A DNA stretch of 64,000 bases from contig CM119267.1 of the NCBI GenBank assembly GCA_051294375.1, positions 23,986,111 to 24,050,110 on the forward strand, in the 5' to 3' direction. Under the pieces are notes generated by a model. It had not been told where the DNA came from. It saw only the letters and a program-made list of their open reading frames with translations, and did not search any database. Numbering within the stretch: position 1 is the stretch's first letter; each line of letters starts with the position of its first letter. Shown in pieces: positions 56,301 to 64,000 of this stretch. Source of the stretch: Paraspadella gotoi (lineage: Eukaryota > Animalia > Chaetognatha). The translations under genes were made by a program, and so were the position numbers.

Positions 56301-59300
56301 CTGATTTCCTTTGTCTCCTTGATCTCCCTTTTCTCCTTTGTCCCCTTGGTCCCCTTTATCTCCTTGGTTGCCCTTGTCCCCTTGGTTACCCTTATCTCCC
56401 TGATCCCCCTTTTTCCTTTGTCTCCTTGGTCTCCTTTGTCTCCTTGATCGCCTTTGTCTCCCTGCATTCCCTTATCTCCTTGATCTCCTTTTTCTCCTTT
56501 GTCTCCTTGGTCTCCTTTGTCTCCCTTGATTGCTTTGTCTCCTGCATTCCTTTTCTCTCTTGATCTCCTTTTTCTCCTTTTCTCCTTGGTCTCCTTTGTC
56601 TCCTTGATTACCCTTGTCGCCCTGATCTCCCTTTTCACCTTTGTCCCTTGGTTTCCTTTGTCTCCTTGGTCCCCTTTATCACCTTGGTTACCCTTGTCAC
56701 CCTGATCACCCTTTTCCCCTTTTTCTCCTTGGTCTCCTTTGTCCCCTTGGACTCCTTTGTCTCCTTGATCTCCTTTGTCTCCCTGATCTCCTTTTTCACC
56801 TTTGTCACCTTGGTCCCCTTTGTCTCCTTGGTTGCCCTTATCTCCCTGGTTACCTTTGTCTCCCTGATCTCCCTTTTCACCTTTATCCCCTTGTTCCCCT
56901 TTGTCTCCTTGATTACCTTTGTCTCCTTGATCTCCCTTGTCTCCCTGATCTCCTTTTTCACCTTTGTCTCCTTGGTCCCCTTTGTCTCCTTGGTTGCCCT
57001 TATCTCCCTGGTTACCTTTGTCTCCCTGATCTCCCTTTTCACCCTTATCCCCTTGTTTCCCCTTTGTCTCCTTGATTTCCCTTGTCTCCTTGGTCTCCCT
57101 TGTCTCCCTGATCCCCCTTTTCACCTTTGTCACCTTGGTCCCCTTTGTCTCCTTGGTTGCCCTTGTCTCCTTGATTTCCTTTATCTCCTTGATCTCCCTT
57201 TCTCCTTTGTCTCTTGATTTCTTTATCTTCCTTGGTTGCCCTTGTCTCCCTGCATTCCTTGTCTCCTTGATCTCCCTTTTCGCCTTTGTCTCCTTGCTCC
57301 CCTTTGTCTCCTTGATCACCCTTTTCTCCCTGATCTCCTTTCTCACCTTTGTCCCTTGATTACCCTTGTCTCCTTGATCTCCTTTATCTCCTTGATTACC
57401 CTTGTCTCCCTGATCTCCTTTTTCGCCCTTGTCTCCTTGGTCCCCTTTGTCACCTGGTTACCCGTCTCTTGATTGCCCTTGTCTCCTTGATCTCCCTTTT
57501 TCCCTTTATCTCCTTGCTCACCCTTGTCTCCTTGGTTGCCCTTGTCTCCCTGGTTTCCTTTGTCTCCTTGGTCTCCTTCTCACTCTTGTCTCCTTTGTCT
57601 CCCCCCTTGTCCCTTGGTTTCCTTTATCTCCCTGATCTCCCTTCCCTTTGTCCCCTTGTTCCCCTTTGTCGCCTTGGTCACCTTTGTCTCCTTGGTTTCT
57701 CTTTTTCTCCCTGATCTCCTTTTTCGCCTTTGTCTCCTTGGTCACCTTTGTCTCCTTGATTTCCCTTGTCTCCTTGATCTCCTTTTTCTCCCTGATCGCC
57801 TTTTACACCTTTGTCTCCTTGATCTCCTTTGTCTCCTTGGTTGCCTTTGTCTCCCTGCTCTCCTTTATCTCCCTGATCTCCCTTTACCCCTTTGTTCCCT
57901 GTTCTCCTTTATCTCCTTGATCACCCTTGTCCCCATGATCACCCTTGTCTCCCTTATCTCCTGCTCCTTCAGCAACATTTATTTCATCTGTAAAAAAGTA
58001 AGTATGAATCTTATAAGTTTTTTAATTCATAACAAAGCAGTAGTATAGATAACGGTTTGGGTTAAGGTTTTTTTGCAAGTTGACAAAGTTTTTGCCATCT
58101 CTTTTTTTTCTTTCTTTCTTTCTTCTTTCTTTCTTTCTGTCTTTGTTTTTTTCTTTCTTATTTCTTTTTTTCTTCTGATCCTAAAGAAAGAAGAGTGGCA
58201 AAGTAAATTACATAGTCAGATATGCTAAAAAACAAATTTTATAAAATTTAATTAATCAACTTACCAATTATCAGGAGAAGAACCACCGCCACTACAAGAG
58301 ATAGCCTTCATTCTTTTCGTCCACCTCATTCTGAACCCAAAATCGACAGACTCCCTTCGTTTTAGTATCTATCCTTGTTTTATTATGCGTTTTGAAGGAA
58401 GATTTAAATAGTACGACGATTGTCCAAAATATGAAGGCTTCCCTTTTTTTAGTTAAAGTTGTTTTTAGTTTGTTTTTTTTTAGTTTATTTTTTTTTTCAA
58501 TTTCTGGACAGAAATAAAAAAAATGTTTTAACAGTACAAAAAACGTTAAGCACAACTAATGTACAAAAAAGCATGTTTACATTTATTTTTACGTTTTTTT
58601 TATTTTTACCTTAGTTTTTTAAACAATTTTAGGTATAATTTGGCAAGGCCGATTTTTGTATTTAAAAAGGCTTCCCTTAATAAATACAAGAATGTTCTGC
58701 CTTTTCATTGCAAAAAAGACAATAACCAATGAAAAAAGAATCAGTGTATTGTTTTTTTGATTCATTTTTTGTTTTGCTTTTTGAATTTATTTTTTTTTTG
58801 TTAAGCTTTGAGATCTGATGGTTTTTTCAGGGCATTTTAGCACCTAATATTCTCTTTTGAGTGTTCATTAATTTCTCAGACCAAAAAATTGTATGACAAG
58901 GATTCAGGCAAATATAACCCATTAGAAATATGTTACATTTAATAAATACTTTTTACATATCTCAAACTGTATTAATGTGGTTGTTCAAGCCACCCTTTCT
59001 CTTGTTATACAAAATCTTCAAAGTGCATGAAAATTAAGCAGAATATCAAAATAAAAATCACAGAAAACATAATGTCCAAGAGTGGAACATCATCTCTAGT
59101 TCCCCCTTGTTGTCAATGAGATTGTCTTTATTGATAGCAATTCGGTTTTCTACAACATTGGTCCCATTAATGGCGCAATAGCGTGCCACACGTCACTCTT
59201 CCCATCCACTTTGTTGCAGTTGCGTCCCTTTCCTCGAATATTGCCTTTGTCCATAAATCCCGCATTACAGATGCAGGAAAAGCTGAGTTTTTCATTGACA

Positions 59301-60376
59301 CACGTGGCATGGGTGTGGCAGTCATGAGTTGAGGGAAGGAGACATTCGTTTGGGTCTGAGTAAGAAGATTTATAAATGGACCATTGTTCGTAATAGATTT
59401 TAAAATTAATTTCATTTCCCTCAATTTTATTCCACTTATATAAGACCCATGTATGTTCTTTACAATATGACTTACCCACAACCCGAATTGAGGCGGGGTC
59501 AAATCCAAACTGATTTTTTGATGTTTCAATCTGGAATCGAATTCTTTCTCAAATTTGTCTGCGTCATGTCTTGATTGGCGATTGTAGTGCCAAATTCGAG
59601 GCGGAAGTCAACTATGACGCTTCCAGGGCGGAGACCAAGGATCGTTATCTTTGTCCAAGGTGCTTTTAAAGCCGCAGCGCACAGAGGAGCAAGCTGATTA
59701 TAAGTGATTGGCATTAATATCAGTTTTTTTAAATGAAATGGAATTTTAAAAACATGGTATTAAATTTACTAATAATGCTGTATAAAATTATGATATCCAA
59801 ACTTACATCAGTAAATTTATATTTTAGTCAAATAGGTTTTAATAAACTACTACAATTTAAAAAAAGCCAACGACTTGCAACCACAACACATACCTGATTA
59901 GTCATCTCTCTGGCCTCTTTGGCAAAAGCTGCCGAGTTCCGGTCATGTATGGCATTGTGAAGTTTCTTTTAACAGCTCTCACACTAGCGACAGCCGACTT
60001 TTTTAGGCGTACATCGACCATTAACCCAGTCAGCATTAGAGGGACATCTGCACTCATAAGAGCCTGGTATATTTAAAGCAGTTCTGCGTTGGTTTGGCAG
60101 GGGAGATTGAGCTTGTCGATCTACGTCATGTCTAAAAAATAAATTTCATTTGCTCAATAATTACAAAGATACAGACATGCAGTGAATTATTAAAATATTT
60201 TTTCAGAACTCACCATGGCATTTTGGTTGGTCCTCTGGATTCTCCATCGCGCCGACACCCCATAGTAAATGCCGCCACCCGGTGTCTCGTATCCAGGCCT
60301 ACCACAATTTTTCTGGGTACTACCGCGGTAGCCCCTGCCGTGCCAATGTTTCATTGGTAGCCTTTTTTGCGCAAGT
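53366..60376 (-). other. ~7-kb inverted duplicate (gene 2 3' exons, gene 3 exon 1 and collagen); probable assembly/read chimera
   Basis: Read on the minus strand it follows 48206 to ~53360 and then 60420 to ~62045, introns and spacer included. Differences are mostly indels; it has an internal N gap (55065..55089) and ragged junctions. Confidence 0.85.
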
Positions 60377-60419
60377 GCGGCCTAATTTCACATAGTGAAG
60401 ATGTCGGATCCGCTAGGTG

Positions 60420-63400
60420 AGACAAAGGAGAAAAGGGAGATCAAGGAGAAAAAGGTAACCAAGGGGACAAGGGTAACCAAGGAGACAAAGGAAATCAAGG
60501 AGATAAGGGTGAAAAAGGAGATCAAGGAGATAAAGGAAATCAAGGGGATAAGGGCAATCAAGGAGACAAAGGGGACCAAGGAGATAAAGGTGAAAAAGGA
60601 GATCAGGGAGATAAGGGAGACCAAGGAGATAAAGGCAATCAGGGAGACAAAGGAGATCAAGGAGATAAGGGAGAAAAAGGAATACAGGGAGATAAGGGTA
60701 ACCAAGGAGACAAAGGGGAACAAGGAGACAAAGGGGATCAGGGAGACAAAGGCGAAAAGGGAGATCAAGGAGACAAAGGAATGCAGGGAGACAAAGGCAA
60801 CCAGGGATATAAAGGGGATCAGGGAGACAAAGGTGAAAAGGGACATCAGGGAGATAAAGGAATGCAGGGAGATAAGGGCAACCAAGGAGACAAAGGAGAC
60901 CAGGGAGACAAAGGTGAAAAGGGAGATCAGGGAGATAAAGGAATGCAAGGAGACAAAGGCAACCAAGGAGACAAAGGGGACCAAGGAGACAAAGGTGAAA
61001 AAGGAGATCAGGGAGATAAAGGAATGCAGGGAGACAAGGGCAACCAAGGAGACAAAGGGGAGCAAGGGGACAAAGGTGAAAAGGGTGATCAAGGAGATAA
61101 AGGAATGCAGGGAGACAAAGGCAACCAAGGAGACAAAGGTGACCAAGGCGACAAAGGTGAAAAGGGAGATCAGGGAGATAAAGGAATGCAGGGAGATAAG
61201 GGCAACCAAGGAGACAAAGGGGATCAAGGGGACAAAGGTGAAAAAGGTGATCAGGGAGAGAAGGGAAACCAAGGAGATAAAGGCAACCAGGGAGATAAAG
61301 GGGATCAAGGAGATAAAGGAGAAAAAGGCGATCAGGGTGACAAGGGGAACCAAGGGGACAAGGGCGACCAAGGAGACAAAGGAAACCAAGGAGACAAAGG
61401 AGAAAAAGGAGATCAGGGAGACAAAGGGAACCAAGGGGACAAAGGCGATCAAGGAGATAAAGGAATTCAGGGAGACAAAGGTGAAAAAGGTGATCAGGGT
61501 GACAAGGGAGATCAGGGAGATAAAGGCAACCAAGGCGACAAAGGGGAACAAGGCGACAAAGGTGAAAAGGGAGATCAGGGAGATAAAGGAATGCAGGGAG
61601 ACAAAGGCAACCAAGGAGACAAAGGTTACCAGGGCGACAAAGGTGAAAAGGGAGATCAGGGAGATAAAGGAATGCAGGGAGACAAAGGTAACCAAGGAGA
61701 TAAAGGGGAGCAAGGAGACAAAGGAGAAAAAGGGGACCAGGGTGATAAGGGAGACCAAGGAGACAAGGGTGATCAAGGAGACAAAGGCGACCAGGGAGAT
61801 AAAGGAGAAAAAGGAGATCAGGGAGAAAAAGGAGACCAAGGAGACAAGGGCAACCAAGGAGACAAAGGAGAAAAAGGAGGATCAAGGAGAATAAAGGAAT
61901 GCAGGGAGAACAAAGGCAATCAAGAGACAAAGGAGACCAAGGGGACAAAGGAGAAAAAGGAGATCAAGGAGACAAGGAATGCGGGAGACAAAGGCGATCA
62001 AGGAGACAAAGGAGACCAAGGGGACAAAGGAGAAAAAGGGGATCAGGGAGATAAGGGTAACCAAGGGGACAAAGGCAACCAAGGAGATAAAGGGACCAAG
62101 GGGACAAAGGAGAAAAGGGAGATCAAGGAGAAAAAGGTAACCAAGGGGACAAGGGTAACCAAGGAGACAAAGGAAATCAAGGAGATAAGGGTGAAAAAGG
62201 AGATCAAGGAGATAAAGGAAATCAAGGGGACAAGGGCAATCAAGGAGACAAAGGGACCAAGGAGATAAAGGTGAAAAAGGAGATCAGGGAGATAAGGGAG
62301 ACCAAGGAGATAAAGGCAATCAGGGAGACAAAGGAGATAAGGAGATAAGGGAGAAAAAGGAATACAGGGAGATAAGGGTAACCAAGGAGACAAAGGGGAA
62401 CAAGGAGATAAAGGAGAAAAGGGATATCAGGGAGAAAAAGGTGTTCAAGGTGACAAGGGGAACCAAGGAGATAAGGGGAACCAAGGAGACAAAGGTGAAA
62501 AGGGAGATCAGGGAGACAAGGGAATACAGGGAGAAAAGGGAGTTCAAGGAGACAAAGGGGAACAGGGAGACAAGGGTGAGAAGGGATATCAAGGAGATAA
62601 AGGAATGCAAGGAGTTAAGGGTGACCAAGGAGACAAAGGGGACCAAGGTGACAAAGGAGAAAAGGGAGATCAGGGAGACAAGGGCAACCAAGGAGACAAA
62701 GGCAACCAGGGAGAGAAAGGAGACCAAGGAGACAAAGGTGAAAAAGGAGACCAAGGAGACAAGGGCAATCAGGGAGACAAGGGTAACCAAGGAGACAAAG
62801 GGGACCAAGGAGATAAAGGTGAAAAGGGTGATCAGGGAGACAAGGGAGATCAAGGAGACAAGGGGAACCAAGGAGACAAGGGGAATCAAGGAGACAAAGG
62901 TGAAAAGGGAGTCCAAGGAGACAAGGGCAACCAAGGGGATAAAGGAAATCAAGGAGATAAAGGTGAAAAGGGTGATCAGGGAGAAAAGGGAGTCCAGGGG
63001 GACAAAGGTGACCAAGGAGACAAAGGAAACCAAGGAGACAAAGGTGAAAAGGGAGATCATGGAGATAAGGGTGGCCATGGAGATAAGGGTAACCAAGGAG
63101 ATAAAGGCAAGCAAGGTGACAAAGGAGATAAAGGTATGCAGGGAGATAAAGGAGACCAAGGAGATAAGGGAGTCCAAGGAGATAAAGGGGAACAGGGAGA
63201 CAAAGGCGATAAAGGAATGCAGGGAGATAAGGGTGAACAGGGTGACAAAGGGAATCAAGGAGATAAGGGGGAACAGGGAGACAAAGGCGATAAAGGAATG
63301 CAGGGAGATAAGGGTGAACAGGGTGACAAAGGGAATCAAGGAGATAAGGGGGAGCAAGGTGACAAGGGCATTAAAGGAATGCAGGGAGAAAAGGGTACTC

Positions 63401-63988
63401 AAGGAGACAAGGGGACTCAGGGAGATAAAGGAGACCAAGGAGACAAAGGTGATAAAGGAATGCAGGGTGATAAGGGCAACCAAGGCGACAAGGGAGTACA
63501 AGGAGTCAAAGGGGACCAAGGAGACAAAGGCGAAAAGGGTGTACATGGTGATAAGGGAGCTAAAGGTGACAAGGGTTTGGAAGGAGACAAAGGAAAACAG
63601 GGTGACAAGGGAGTGCAAGGTGATAAAGGTAATCAGGGAGAAAAGGGTATGCAAGGAATGCAAGGTGATAAAGGTGAGAAAGGAATGCATGGTGACAAGG
63701 GTGTCGCTGGAGAAAAAGGTGAACAGGGAATGCAAGGCGCTAAAGGAGATAAGGGACACCAAGGAAACCAGGGTGTTAAGGGAGTCAAGGGCGATCAGGG
63801 GGCTAAGGGAGAACAGGGAATGCAGGGCCAAAAGGGTGACAAAGGAATGCAAGGAGCAACGGGCTTACAGGGTCCTCAGGGATCACAGGGACTTCAAGGT
63901 GAAAAGGGTGAGCATGGACATAAAGGCGTTCAAGGAGACAAAGGACCTCAGGGTGAACAAGGCGGTCGACCCATCTACTACTTTTCAC
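60420..63988 (+). CDS. Gene 3 collagen exon, 3' part
   Basis: Gly-X-Y repeat ending GEQGGRPIYYFS then C|GTAAGT phase-1 donor, equivalent to the gene 1 and gene 2 exon ends; its last ~120 codons align with gene 2. Confidence 0.85.
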
Positions 63989-64000
63989 GTAAGTTTCTGT

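Noticed and set aside
57960-60376. A fourth, minus-strand paralog
   Set aside because: Near-identical reverse complement of 48206..50620 including introns and spacer; part of the inverted duplicate.

Overview
AT-rich eukaryotic (most likely invertebrate animal) genomic DNA with spliceosomal introns, N gaps and indel errors. The window holds a head-to-tail array of three paralogous + strand genes that the ORF track fragments. Spliced by hand, the shared architecture is: signal peptide, a single giant exon of almost proline-free Gly-X-Y collagen ([12 protein letters not shown]; about 2,100 to over 3,000 aa), a diverged ZP (zona pellucida) module with a basic cleavage site, sushi/CCP, Ca-EGF, SEA (GSVIV), EGF, short coiled coil, transmembrane helix and short tail. 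Gene 1 (<1..29023) lacks its 5' end, gene 2 (38944..49607) is complete, and gene 3 (50245..>63988) is seen only to the end of its collagen exon and is interrupted by a ~7 kb error-rich inverted copy that is probably an assembly artefact. Gene 1 introns carry a CsRn1-type Ty3/gypsy LTR retrotransposon, foldback MITEs and DINE-1/HINE-like elements. The gene 1-gene 2 spacer has a 3.66 kb long-TIR element with a 9-bp TSD, a minisatellite and microsatellites. Domain calls come from motif and cysteine-pattern recognition by eye, not database searches.
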